DNA of 64,000 bases from Eledone cirrhosa (taxonomy: Eukaryota). Of the stretch, positions 13,801 through 26,968 are shown in pieces. The stretch spans positions 212,536,001 to 212,600,000 of the forward strand of contig OZ024742.1 of NCBI GenBank assembly GCA_964016885.1. The letters run 5' to 3'. A program made the translations under genes and the position numbers. Each line of letters begins with the position of its first letter. Positions within the stretch are counted from its first letter, which is position 1. Below the pieces are notes generated by a model. It was not told the DNA's origin, did no database searches, and worked only from the letters and a program-made list of their open reading frames with translations.

Positions 13801-14069
13801 TTACGTTCAAGCATTTCTACAACCTCGTTAGCGCGACCCTTTAGGGTGCCTACATTTATGGTACCAACTCTGAAGTTTTGGATTGCGTTTGGGGGTTGGG
13901 GGCGGTGAGGGGCGGGGGGCGATGGTGTTATGTTAGCCGTCCGTGGTCGAAACAATGAGGAGTGCTCGCATTCTCGTCCAAGGGGTGAATTTGTCTTTAT
14001 CTTTGGCATTGTCGCTGAGCGTCCAGATTTTTCTCTCTCACCTCCACTCTCCAGGATTTCGCAGTCCAT
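10839..14069 (-). CDS. RTE LINE polyprotein: APE endonuclease, reverse transcriptase, PHD-like C4HC3 finger
   Basis: Open frame with IQETRW, AGDLNGHVG, SQHRL, NYRGIKL, QGSVLSPLLF, YADD, FRYLG, RLRWYGHVMRM, GRPRKTW. First ATG is at 14069; alternative ATG at 14009. Confidence 0.93.
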   Translation of the reverse strand: MDCEILESGGEREKSGRSATMPKIKTNSPLGRECEHSSLFRPRTANITPSPPAPHRPQPPNAIQNFRVGTINVGTLKGRANEVVEMLERKEVDVCCIQETRWRGGSARFIEGKKRCYKLFWVGNDDGLGGVGIMVAEKWADKIIDVNRVNDRIIKIRLVLNRTTVTVISAYAPQSGLPGTIKDRFYETLMLTTSQISDSDYIIIAGDLNGHVGQHCDGYDEIHGGYGFGTRNEEGSRILEFCDANNLTICNTNFKKRDNHLITYRSGEHTSQVDYILTRRRDRVSVVNTKSLPHEECTSQHRLIISDLIVRTRRTRQQKRTILRRKIWKLKDPTARNKFQSILLDAFDSKEEHLQSDNIEGEWEFLKANLLLATDEVCGWSRPVGRRRVTWWWNSKVEGSIKAKKQAWKVWRDGGSREDYQVARREARRQVYLARREAEERKFKHVLQRDDQKREVFRIARQCVKENRDIVGEKCVLNDDGTLAITDADKKVAWKCHYERLLNEENNWEKGSLPHIDPIEGPAVLVEGSIISKAIKDMKTGKAAGPSEIVAEMLKASGTVGHTMVTRIVNQVVQNGVVPKDWHSSIIVNCYKGKGDALDRSNYRGIKLIDQVMKVTERVIAQLIRERIDLDEMQFGFVSGKSTTDALFIVRQLQEKYLAKGKPLYLAFVDLEKAFDRVPRSIIWWALRKLGVDEWLVRAIQAMYKETVSKVRINNEYSEEFSVKVGVHQGSVLSPLLFIIALQAITEEFKTGCPWELLYADDLTLIAESMAELEKKFQTWKHGLESKGLKINLAKTKVLVCRKENKAAVPSGKWSCSVCRKGVGRNSILCPKCKVWVHKRCSGITGRLTKNIDFTCGRCSGAISSSKCPQTTSSFNCAEGSIEIVDSFRYLGDKISSGGGCSESTVARVRTGWKKFRELIPLLAAKGFSLKMKGRLYDACIRTAMLHGSETWALCAEDIRRLERNEACMLRWMCNSNIRERQSINELRNKLEIRGIRCCLLERRLRWYGHVMRMKVDSCITKCRAIKIDGSYGIGRPRKTWDELINSDITHLHLSKTMSLDRDLWRYSVTEKTRLT

Positions 14070-14237
14070 CCATCCATCATATATCGTATATCGAAAGGCA
14101 ACCAGGCAAGCGATAGTATAGGCCTCTGGTTTCTGATTGGTCCGCGTAATAATACTGGTGATACGTGGGGGCTGTTTTATGATTGGTCCACGTAATAGCA
14201 ATGGTGGTGTGTGGGGGTGGGAGGGAGGGGTGTTGGG

Positions 14238-15098
14238 TAGCTAGCAAGAAGGTAATGATTGAGATGTGTCTATGCATTTAACAAGCGGTTAACAAAAATA
14301 CAAAATTTGTTCAGTTAAATACGTCCAAAAACCTAAACGTATTTAGCACTTAATAGGAACAGAAAATGTGTAGTTTGTTTTAGCGATAGAATGGCTATTT
14401 GGACTTGAAATACGAAATGAGAGAGAGAGAGGAGAGAGAGATGAAGTCTGTACCTTATGTTTACATGATTTTCTTTCGGACAGCAGGCAAGAAATGAAAT
14501 TTGGCGAAGTGAATTCCTATCATATATTTATAGGGAGAGAGAGAGAGAGAGAGAGAGAGTGCGAGGGTAGGGGGCCACATGATGGCTGTGGGTGTTAGGC
14601 GTTTGACCGCCCCGTGCCTTCGAAGAAGGAAGAAGGAAAGGATTTTGCTTTTTTGCTTTTTTTGGGGTTTGAAAATACGTTAGGAATTAAGGTTTGAAAA
14701 TAGCTAGCAAGAAGGTAATGATTGAGATGTGTCTATGCATTTAACAAGCGGTTAACAAAAATACAAAATTTGTTCAGTTAAATACGTCCAAAAACCTAAA
14801 CGTATTTAGCACTTAATAGGAACAGAAAATGTGTAGTTTGTTTTAGCGATAGAATGGCTATTTGGACTTGAAATACGAAATGAGAGAGAGAGAGGAGAGA
14901 GAGATGAAGTCTGTACCTTATGTTTACATGATTTTCTTTCGGACAGCAGGCAAGAAATGAAATTTGGCGAAGTGAATTCCTATCATATATTTATAGGGAG
15001 AGAGAGAGAGAGAGAGAGAGAGTGCGAGGGTAGGGGGCCACATGATGGCTGTGGGTGTTAGGCGTTTGACCGCCCCGTGCCTTCGAAGAAGGAAGAAG
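14238..15098 (-). repeat. 463-bp tandem duplication (~1.9 units) forming the 5' region of RTE copy 3
   Basis: TAGCTAGCAAGAAGG at 14238 and 14701; the second unit stops at the (TA)n junction. Confidence 0.92.
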
Positions 15099-16595
<1,497 letters not shown>

Positions 16596-16684
16596 ATAGA
16601 TATCTGAAGAATAGTTATACAGCATTATAGGTTTTACAAATATGTCCAACAGTTATAGATATTTCTACCAAAAGAATTACACAC

Positions 16685-16824
16685 CTGTAGAAATATGAGC
16701 AACCCCTAACACTATTGTGTGTAAAGTGTTCTGTAGTTTTTTCATTGCCAAAATCTTCCAGAGGATCAGACCATAATAAATCACACATTGGACCAAATGC
16801 TGGTGGTTCTTTGAATCTGTCCAA
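16685..16824 (-). CDS. PPP3CA: Calcineurin A (PP2B catalytic subunit) internal exon, 140 bp
   Basis: [46 protein letters not shown](S); polypyrimidine tract-TTTCAG acceptor and GTGTGT donor. The symbol names the family, not a specific vertebrate paralog. Confidence 0.97.
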
Positions 16825-16994
16825 CTGAAAAGAAAGGAAAAGAAATAAAAAAATGTGTGAAATATTTATTACTGGCACTCATCACATGTAATTAAAGGAA
16901 TGGTTAATTATTTCAGTCTTTTAATTGTTTCTCAGTAACCTGGTCTCTAATTTTCTTTTAAGAATCAATTTTTGTCAAATGTTTCTTCTTTGCT

Positions 16995-17375
16995 CACTTA
17001 TTCCTGGCAAGGTTGTGGGGGCAGAGTCCTCAAGTACTCATTCCAGTGGGTCATGTCAGAAGCAACTGTCTCCAATTGAGTCGGATGGATCCCCAAGTGA
17101 GACCAGCTAAGCTCAACGTCTGCTCCTGGGTTTCCTGTTGGCTGGTTTTGCCTGCAAAATCTCTCCAGTGATTCTTTCCCGAGACATTCTAACCACATGC
17201 CCATAGTATTGGAGCTGTGATCTATCAATTCGGAGAAGTACCGGCTCTTCCTGGAGTGACTCTCTGATCTCCAAGTTACGCACTCAATTGAGTAATATTT
17301 CTCCATAGACCCTTCGGAGGAGCCCCAATTCAGCTGCTTGTATTCTTCTGGTCATTACTCATGATTTATGACTAT
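16995..17375 (-). mobile_element. Decayed 3' fragment of a different RTE-clade (Rex3/Expander-like) LINE
   Basis: Manual translation LRRVYGEILLN*VRNLEIRESLQEEPVLLRIDRSQLQYYGHVVRMSRER...KPRSRR, ending LPPQP in another frame. Confidence 0.7.
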
Positions 17376-18430
17376 AGGTAAGAGTTAGCATGAATACCAA
17401 ATTGAAGCTCATGCTATATCTTTGGTTGAATATTTGCCTAATACTGTTTATCTAAATGAGCACAGTTATCTCTTGGAGTTCTCAGAATGATATATTAGTA
17501 AGTAACTTAACTAATAAAAGTATTTGGTTTTATAGTTTGGTTTTTCATATTTACAACAATGTTATAGAACTCACCATTAGATAAATGAGAAATATTTCAA
17601 TTATTTTCCTAAGAATTAAAATATGGATTATTTACTTGTGAAAGAAATTTGAATGGAAACTGTTCACACACACACCCACATATAAATATATAAAATTCCC
17701 TTATAATAAAATATTTAGGCAACCAAGAAAAACTTTTTAATTTCCTTATAACATTTCTGTTTGACAGATGAGTAAAAGCTGGTTTATTTACAATGTAATT
17801 CTAATGGCCAACATGACAAACTTGTTCTAAATCTCATGCCTCAAACTAGTCTACTAAAGTTTTGTTGGCAAACAGCAAAAACAATATAAAGCACTCCTTT
17901 CACAATAGCTATGTGGGAAAAGAAAGCAATGAAATGTCAGAAATGCAGAAGACAATACAAATTAATGACACAGCTACATTTAAGAAAGAGGATTTATCTT
18001 TGTTTACATTTTATTATAATTTTGTCAGAAGAAGAAGATCAGAGCCCATGATCTTTGTAGGTCTTCCCAGGTTGGTGAAATTGATATTTAGCTTGATCAT
18101 GTGTAGGTCATTGTTTGCAGATGATTTGAAAACAATGGTTAAATTATTAATAAAAACCTAACAATTCAGAACCTTTGAAATAAATCCCACATTAATTATA
18201 ATTAATCTACTGGAGAGAGTTGGATTTAAACGCATTGTGGTATGTAATAACTAAAGAGACCTAAAATAGATTTGATGACTTGGCTTTGTAATATTCAATT
18301 ACTTATACATTAATAATAGTATAGACAATAAGTGAAGTAAAAGTTAATATTAAACTGGTCTTCCTTTTTACAAAAATTGATTTCTTCATTTAGTAAATCC
18401 TATTAGCATCATTGAAGCAACCTTTTAATT

Positions 18431-18779
18431 CTTTTACTGGTTTTAGTCATTAGACTGCAGGCATGTTGGGGCATTACCTTGTAGGAATTTAGTTGATCAA
18501 GTCAACCCAGTACTTATTTTATTGATCTCCTTTTGTTGAACAGTGAAGTTATGGAGCATAAACAAACAGAAAATGTAAACACAGACAGAAAGACACACAC
18601 ACAAATACATATACATACTACTGGTTTCTTCACTGTTTTTGTTTACTCAATTTCACTCACAAGGCATTACTCAACCTGAGGTTATAGTAGAAAATACTTG
18701 TCCAAGGTGCCCAGCAGTAGGACTGAATCCAAAACCATGAGGTTGCGAAGTGCACTCCTTAACCACACAGCCATGCCTG
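18431..18779 (-). mobile_element. tRNA-derived SINE with a 3' tail resembling the CR1-group LINE
   Basis: Head TGGCTGTGTGGTTAAG...GGATTCAGTCC (A/B-box-like), CCTTGGACAAGT, (TG)n, and a tail similar to 597-657. Confidence 0.75.
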
Positions 18780-19121
18780 AACCTGCCTTATTGATAGGTA
18801 CCACCAAATGTCTTGATTGCAATGCAATTATGTTTTGCTAGAAGATACACTAAGAAAACATGGAAAGACTACATATGCACACAAGAAATAATTTCTTATA
18901 ATTTGTTCTGGAGTATAGGGCTTTAACAACTAAACCTTTTTCAAAATATCTCATATAGTTTCTCTACAGATATTACATTTTCCACCTAACATCAGATAAT
19001 ATTAGGTTAATTACAAGCTTAAAAGCAATTCTATCTGGCTAACAAACTATAGAGTAATATTGTAACTAATGAAGAACTTCCTTTAAATAATAAAAAAAAA
19101 TTATAACTCAGTAGTATTTAA

Positions 19122-19329
19122 CCCTTTAACATTTACATTACTCTATATTTACAATTATATTTTCACAGTAAAGGCTTTATCTCACGTAATATCAAATCTA
19201 TGAGATTTTGATATTATTTATTTTGAGAAAAATACCTTAACATCAGTACCAGTGGCCAGTTACGGCCAGTTTGACCAGAAACAGGTCACAGCATTCTGGC
19301 TGGATATGGCCAGTTTAAATGTTAAAGGG
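19122..19329. mobile_element. piggyBac-type MITE, 208 bp
   Basis: 14-bp terminal inverted repeats CCCTTTAACATTTA, with TTAA at 19118-19121 and 19330-19333. Confidence 0.8.
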
Positions 19330-19979
19330 TTAACAGGCATGAAAACAATAACTGACAAATTAAAAAAAAAAAAATCAACATTTTTTAAATTTCTTTGAAT
19401 TTCTAATTCAACTATCATACAAAATAAACCATATTTATATCACTGGATAATTGAGAATGTTAAAAAAAAAGTCTAAATCTTCAAGAAATTTATATTTCTG
19501 GTTATTTCATAGAAGTAAACTGTAGTTATTAAAAACAAACAAACAATTAGTTCATATTCAGGGGTTGTTGTGTAAGCTTTTTCAGAATAGATATGAAATT
19601 CTGCACCTAATAATAATAATAGTAATAGTTATAGGAATGGATTAGATCCTTGAATATATAATGGTAAATGCTTAAGATTCAGACAGATTTCCTGAGAGAC
19701 CAGCACTGATAGAATGGAATGTAACTAGAGAATTTTTTTTTTTTATTTCATAGTCCAAACAGATGATAAATGAATGCATATTTTGCTTGAGAATCTAAAG
19801 AGGTGATGCTTCTTGCTTGATCAGTTTGGAGTTTGGTTACATATATTACATACTTTGTGAGTCATAGTAGACCGAGCAAATTCCCCCCAGACTGGTTAAA
19901 CTGAAGGGTTTAATATTTAGTTTGAGCAGTTGTAGGTCATTGCCTGGTTGTATGTTTTAGAAAAAGGAGTAATTAAGGA

Positions 19980-20600
19980 TTCTATACTGTGTACCTAATG
20001 TAAACTATAGATGCACAAGAGATCCAATGGGATCACAGGCAGATCGATAGAGAAGAGCAATGTAGCAGATACGCAGGAGTAGTTAGCAGTAAGAGCATCC
20101 ATGAAATGTATTATTTCAGATGTTCAGAAAGATACTCTGAAGTAATTGATAATATCTTTTAATTTTGTGGTCTAATTAGCATTGAAAGTGAGTGTTCTGA
20201 AAGCATTGGAGACAGATTTAGAAAGGGGTAGAAAAAGTTTAGGGAGTGATAACCTCTGCTGGCAACAAAGGGATTCTCTTTGTGAGTGAAAGGCAGATTG
20301 TATGATGCTTGTATATAAAGTACGATATTAAATAGTAGCAAAGCAGGGGCAGTGAATGCAGAGAATGTGCAAAGACTGCCAAAAAATGAGGCAAGAATGC
20401 TCTGCTGGATGTGTAATGTTAGTATGCATTAACAGAGAAGAAATGAGATGAGAGAGAAAAATGGGTATAAGACAAATCATCTTTATTGTGCAAGGGAGGA
20501 GACTGCAGATGGTTAAGCATGTGATGCATTTGGAGGATGACAGTTAGGTGAAGGAATACAAAGCAATCCTGCAGTAAAGGAAGATTGAAGAAACTTGAAA
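19980..20600 (+). mobile_element. Old decayed relative of the PHD-bearing RTE family (C-terminal part)
   Basis: GAAAAAGTTTAGGGAG...AAAGGGATTCTCTTTGTGAGTGAAAGGCAGATTGTATGATGCTTGTATA...ATGCTCTGCTGGATGTGTAAT resembles 6604-6790, with stops and indels. Confidence 0.78.
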
Positions 20601-21223
20601 ATAAATAGTTTAAACCAAAGATTCTCAATGGGGGGCATATGCCCCCTCCCCGAGGGCATTTGAAGCTTTGGGGGTGAGGGGTGGGGTGGGGGGCTAGGCT
20701 ATTTACCTAGGTAAGTTTTATAAGTCATATTTGTACGTCTCTGAGACAGCCCGTGTGAATGCATTTGAGTGAAGAAAACGAAGAAAATAAATAAAAGAAA
20801 AACGAAAGAAATCAAAGAAAATGAAAATAAGGACAACGTCAACTTTTACAACAGTTTCAAGAACAACAGAAACGACAAGGAAAAGAAGCAATGGTGATGA
20901 AAGGTGTGGGTGTATACATATACATACAATCATACACACACATGCATACTACATACATACACACATAGGCCAGCATTGGTGTTTGATGTAGTTGAGAACC
21001 TGGTCAGCTTTCAGCCAGAGCTGTGGTATTTAATCTCCCTAGGTAATAAAATCTGGAGACAAAATTCTCTCCTTACCAAAAAAAAAACAACATAAATCAT
21101 GTCAACATCCTTACACACTTAATTATAAATGCATGTATATATACAAATGTATAAATGCATAGCTATATACATAGGTAAATGTATGTATGTATGTATGTAT
21201 GTATGTATGTAGATTTATATATA

Positions 21224-22008
21224 TTTGACCCGTTTAGCTTGTTCGCTTTTTTGGCTCAGTTTGTATGACCTTTTTAACTTATGTTTATAGCTCTGGTATC
21301 TTCATATCCATAGAGCGCTTGTCTACACAATACGGAAGTTGCGTTTCGCTAATTTCTACCCACCGAAATGCGATTCTCACTAAATTTATATTTGTATTAA
21401 TCTCCCAAGTCAAGCGATTAACCAGTTAATTATTTTGGCTTTTTAGTTAATTCTATTGACTGATTAATCACTTAAGTTTATTTTAAAAACAACTCGGTCG
21501 AGAGCTTAATTCGTTTTGTGCTATTTTTGCAAATTTTTGCAATAACTACACATGCTGAATTCACTGGCCAAAATAGGGGTTTTCTCCCCTTAGAACCTCA
21601 CATGTGCTTTCATACCCTGTGAGATTCTGGCGCACGAAGAACAAAATGCCTGTTGAGAAAGTGATGCCTTGCTCGATCATGATACCAAAAGCTTATATTT
21701 TTTATAAGCAGACAGTATTATTGATTTAGGTGTTGCAGAAACCCTATATCGGAGTATACCATCTTCCCCGAGGGTCCGGGTAACTATTTCAATCATATCT
21801 TATTTTGTTTGACCCGTTTAGCTTGTTCGCTTTTTTGGCTCAGGTGGTTAATGGCTTCTTAACCATCGTCTCAGTTTGTATGACCTTTTTAACTTATGTT
21901 TATAGCTCTGGTATCTTCATATCCATAGAGCGCTTGTCTACACAATACAGAAGTTGCGTTTCGCTAATTTCTACCCGCCGAAATGCGATTCTCGCTAAAT
22001 TTATATTT
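21224..22008. repeat. Direct repeats (21224-21393 and 21808-22008) around a ~415-bp core; unclassified element
   Basis: Near-identical copies; the first lacks 31 bp bounded by CTCAG. Confidence 0.8.
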
Positions 22009-22339
22009 ATATGTATATATATATATATACATATTATACACACACAGACACACATATATATATATTTTTTTTCTTTTTTCAGTCTGGTCTACCTCTGGTG
22101 GTAGGGTCTGTGCCGTAGATAGGACTCAATGTAATCTTGTAAAATCCATAGAGAAGTTCTGTGTTTCGCTGAATTAATTCTTTAGATACAGAGTCAGATA
22201 TTAGGTATTAAATAAACAATAAAAATAAAAACAACAAAATAAAAACAAAGTTATAAAGTAACTTGACTTTGTTCTTTTTATTTTCATTGTTAACTTAATA
22301 ACACACACACACACACACATATATATATAAATATATATG

Positions 22340-22561
22340 CGCAGTGTGACGAGAAGCTTGCTTCAAAACCACATGTTTCCGGGTTCAGTCCCACTGCCTG
22401 GGCCGACCAACGCCCTGTGAGTAGATTTGACAGACCGAAACTAAAAGAAGCGTGTCATATATATGTCTGTGTGTGTCTTTGCGTTTGTGTTTGTCCTCCC
22501 ACCAATGCTTGTTGGTTTGTTGACGTCCCCATAACTTACCAAGGTGATGCTCCAGCATGGA
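22340..22561 (+). mobile_element. Internally deleted tRNA-derived SINE, same family as 18431-18779
   Basis: GGGTTCAGTCCC B-box-like motif, (TG)n, tail AAGGTGATGCTCCAGCATGG. Confidence 0.65.
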
Positions 22562-22744
22562 GTAAAGTGTATATATATGTGTGTGTGTGTGTAGAAGAGG
22601 GGTTTCAAACTCAAGGACATAAAAGGGCCATTACATCCTGGAGGAGAGGCACGGGGCCAAACGTGGTGGTGGGTGATGATTTTCACCAGTTATAATAATT
22701 TCTACGATAGGCACAAGGCATGAAATTTAGGGTTTAGGGTCCCG

Positions 22745-22900
22745 TTGATTACATTGATGCCAGTTCACAACTGGTACTTAATTTATCGACCCCAAAAGGA
22801 TGAAAGGCAAAGTTGAGATCGGCGGAATTTGAACTCGGAACGTAAAAACGGAAGAAGTACCGCTAAGCATTTCGCCAGATGTGCTAACGATTTCACCAGT
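22745..22900 (-). mobile_element. SINE family B copy
   Basis: Reverse of GAGTTCAAATTCC...CTTTGCCTTTCATCCTTTTGGGGTCGATAAATTAAGTACCAG. Confidence 0.75.
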
Positions 22901-23179
22901 TATAATGGAATCTGAAATATTGGTTCTTTCGAGGGTTGAGAACTTTTGGTTTAAACCAATATCAGGATGCTAAATTTCAGGAAGGAGATGACTAGGGATT
23001 GCAACAGGTAGTGAGATAATATGTCAGAGAAAACCCATCCAACACATGATGCAAACATGGAAAAACAAACATAAAATGATGCTACTGATCCAAATACTTC
23101 AGTGGTATAGCTTGCAGAGCAACAACCAAAATAGACTTTATTGTACATCAAGTTCAAAACTAACTTGAATTTGATATAC

Positions 23180-23222
<43 letters not shown>

Positions 23223-23359
23223 TCCATGGAGAATGTTTGTTCCTTAACATAATGGCTCATATGACTAACATTCGCTATTGCATAGTTTAGAATAATAAAC
23301 AGATGAAATAATCATTTCTACTTTTGGCACATGATCAGCAATTTGAAGGGAAGGAGAAA

Positions 23360-23529
23360 GTCGATTAAATCGATCCCAGAGCGTTACTGGTACTTTATTT
23401 TATTGACCCTGTAAGGATGAAAGGCAAAGCTAACCTCAGCGGGATTCGAATTCAGAATGAAAAGGATTGTAACTATACACTGCAAAGCATGTTGTCTGAT
23501 GCTCTATCAATTCTGCCAACCAACCACCT
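23360..23529 (-). mobile_element. SINE family B copy
   Basis: CTGGTACTTTATTTTATTGACCCTGTAAGGATGAAAGGCAAAG...GGATTCGAATTC on the plus strand. Confidence 0.72.
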
Positions 23530-23569
23530 TATAACAGATAAAATAATGCTACATGAAAACTAAAAATTG

Positions 23570-23960
23570 ATCACATCTCGCCAACAACAACCCTGAGCAC
23601 CTTTTTGATCTCCATGTGTCTAGCACACGTGGACATGCCTACAAAGTCAGAAAACAGCACAGCTCCCATGACTTTCGGAAACATTTTTTCATGCTTAGAG
23701 TTGCTGAAGCATGGAACAAACTGCCTGCGTCAGTTGTTAGCTGCCGAGACACTGCATCCTTTAAGACACTCATGCTTCCCGAAATTCGCCAAAACTACAC
23801 CTGATGTTCCCCTTCCATACACATGCACACATGTGTATATCATGACTCATGCACTGTTCATTTTCCTGACGCTTGTACATTACCCTATATACTATACATA
23901 CACTTTTGATGAGTTGTAGTGCACCTGAGCAATGTACACAATATTTTCATTATTATTATA
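23570..23960 (+). mobile_element. 3' fragment of a CR1-clade LINE
   Basis: TRGHAYK...RKHFFMLRVAEAWNKLPASVV...SFK is a CR1-type C-terminus; the 3' UTR ends in (ATT)n. Confidence 0.8.
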
Positions 23961-26785
23961 GATTAAATATATTGTATCACAACTATTTCTTTTTCTATTA
24001 CAAAGAGAAACAGGATAACTTTTAGTAACTTCAAGAGGAAAATGTTTTCCAGCTTCATTCTATGATACCCTACATAAACATAAAGCCTCAGAGACAAAGG
24101 TTGTGAGGTTCATGCCTTTCTTGAGTGCATTAGTTGTCTAAGTTTTGTGGTTTAAATCTAGGTCAGTCTCGACCAAAGAGACCACTGCTCAAAAAATTCT
24201 AGTTGTGAGTATCCTGATTTTTCCTACATAAAAAAATTACATTATCTATTTTGTACAACCATTTATATGGAAGTAGGGTGTGATTTGAGGGAGATTTGAC
24301 TACACTGACACATCATTGTTGGTTTTAGTTGTGTAAATATGAAATAGTTTCAATTAGGAAATCAATTTGGGTACTAGACTTGGCTTGCTGGGAGATTGTC
24401 TTTATACTGTTGGCACAGAATGTTTAAATATTAGATTATATCTGACAGTGCCATTTATTTTTCTTTTATTTCAAAAGAGCAATTTAATCCATATATATAT
24501 AAATTATATCCAGTTTGCTTTTATAGGTTTTCAATTAAAGTGTGTTAATATATAGAACAACTTAGGAGTTTATATTGTAAATGCAATTTAAGTGAACATC
24601 TTATCACTACTGTAGCATATAATAGAACATATCAAAATTGAGGGACATATTTTAATTTAATTTCCTAAAAAAGGAGTGTTTGGGAATTTTAGAGACTAAT
24701 ATGGGGAGTGATAGAGGTGGTTCTTATCTGACAAAAAAAGAAAAGAAAAAGAAATATAAAAAAAGGAAAGGAAAGGGAAAAAGAAAAAGAGAATGAAGCA
24801 ATGAGGGAAAGGGAGAGAGGGATAGACTCTACACCTATGTAAGAGTGGTGATTCGGCTGTGTCCCCAGACAAAATGGAGAGTTGCTTAGTTGAAATGTTT
24901 TTTAGACCTCCCATTTTCTATGTTTACTCTTATTCAAAACAATATTTACAAAACAACTGATAAAGAAAATGTGCAGATGTTCCTATTTGCTGTTGTGTTA
25001 TCAATCATGCTTTATTTTCAAGAGGTCCACTCTTGACTTATTTTCATGTAACCATATATTTAGTATTACTTGAAAGATTTCATCAACAATCCCTAAAATT
25101 ATATCCTTTTAACACATCTCTTTCTATAAATTCACACAAGACTATTATTAGGAAGAAGGATAGCCCTTTCATTCTGTCATTGAAAATGCATTACAAAATC
25201 AAAAAGATTTATTTAAATATTCCCAATAACCACATTATGGCCTAAATAACAAAATTACTTTCATATATGACCATTTTAATTAAATATTGATTTTGTTCTG
25301 TAACTAACTTGTCATTTTTTTTCAGACATTGTATACTAAGACTACATTATCTAACAAATCTTTCCCTATTTTGAGACAGTAGAATGTGATATGATGGTGA
25401 GTTGGCTGCTATTTGTAGCACTCTTGGTTAAATATTTGAAATGATTGCTAGTTTAATATTCTATATCATAAGATGATTATTAAATCCATACATGATGAAT
25501 GTTGTAGTTCTATTTCTTATGGCACTACTCACTACTTCTGTTAAATTACAATTGTACAATAGTATTTGAAAAGTTACAGTGTAGATTGTAGGTAAACTGT
25601 CTCAATCTTTCAATGAAGTTGGTTAAAAGTCATAAATGCTAAATGAAAATAATGAGTAAGGATTTATTGTAAGCAGTAAGGATGAAACAGCTGGCTCTAG
25701 AGGTGGTTCAGTGCAAAATAAAACTGATGATTACAAGAGGGATGAGAGGATTGTTTTATTGAAGTTTTATTAAGAAAGCTATGTATAGGCAGATGTTGTT
25801 GAGGGAGATGAGGGAACACATAAAAAAAAGAGCACCAAAGAAAGATTTTGGTGAGATGCCAAAATATGGTAACTAAAAGGAAACTTAAGTATATCTCCAA
25901 GAGATACTATTTATTCACTAATATTTATGGAAAAGATTTAGCTGTGGTGTGGGCTAGAATATCAAGGGATGGTGGGGACTGTTTTGTTAGCCCTCTTGAA
26001 GTTTATACCTTCTAATTCGACTATCTACTGAAACAGTTTAAAATTAAACAAATTTATGTGCAAAAATGTGTCGTACATACCACTAAAAAAAAACAAAACA
26101 AAAAACTTTCATATTTATTTGTAACATTTTCTTAGATTTGCACATGGTCAGAACTAGTAAAAGATGAGTTTAGCCAATAGACTCATCAACAATACAACTA
26201 CTTATTTTATCAACCCAAAGGTGATGATAGGCAAAGTTGATCCAACACAATTTGATTTCAGAATACAAAGACAAAACTAAATACTGAAAGGTATCTAGTT
26301 TGACACACTACCACTTTAGTTATTCTACTTCCTTAATTGCAGGAGAGATAATTAAAATATCATTTAAACAGGGTATTGGAAGTACTAATTTTCCAGTTCT
26401 ATGTCACTACTCTTCCACATATGAGCACTGTCTGTGTTATTAATTATGAAAATACATTGACCTGTCAATGATGACACCAGCACCACGGATCAGTGAGTTG
26501 ACCTGGGGCTCAACAATGAGTAGGAGGAGGAAAATAAAATAAAAAAAATAAAAACATGTTAAACAAACAGAAAGTGGCCTGGTGCTAGATGTCAGCTTAT
26601 AGAGAGAGGAAGAGAGAAAAATTGTTGCTTTGTTGATTACTGCTTATGGTACAATGACCCTATATATATTCCATTTCTTGCCAAAACAGCTTGATGTACA
26701 AAGAAAACATCAAAACCCTACTACAACACTTCTAACACACAAATATAAGAATTAATGTGGTGTGGTAAATAAATATATACATATA

Positions 26786-26968
26786 CACTGCAAAGTGGTT
26801 GTGGAGGTGCCACGGCAAAAAAGCACCCAGCACTCACTGTAAATGAGGTTGGTGTTAGGAAGGGCATCCAGCTGTAGAAATCAAGCCAGAATCAGTTCCC
26901 GTCCCACCCTTGCAAGCAGGGAAAAGTGGACGTAAAATGAAATGATGATGATGATGATGATGATGATA
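26786..26968 (+). mobile_element. Short element carrying the RTE-family 3' end and (GAT)n tail
   Basis: GGTTGGTGTTAGGAAGGGCATCCAGCTGTAGAAA...GGACGTAAAA...(GAT)n matches the 3' UTR of copies 1-3. Confidence 0.75.

Larger units (their letters stand above)
10448..15098 (-). mobile_element. Full-length RTE-clade LINE (copy 3) with intact ORF
   Basis: (ATC)n tail at about 10448-10467 on the plus strand, 3' UTR, uninterrupted APE+RT ORF, ~1-kb 5' region; (TA)n on both sides. Confidence 0.93.

Noticed and set aside
16615-16878. 87-aa stand-alone gene
   Set aside because: Only 16685-16824 is calcineurin-like and splice-bounded; the rest is intron.
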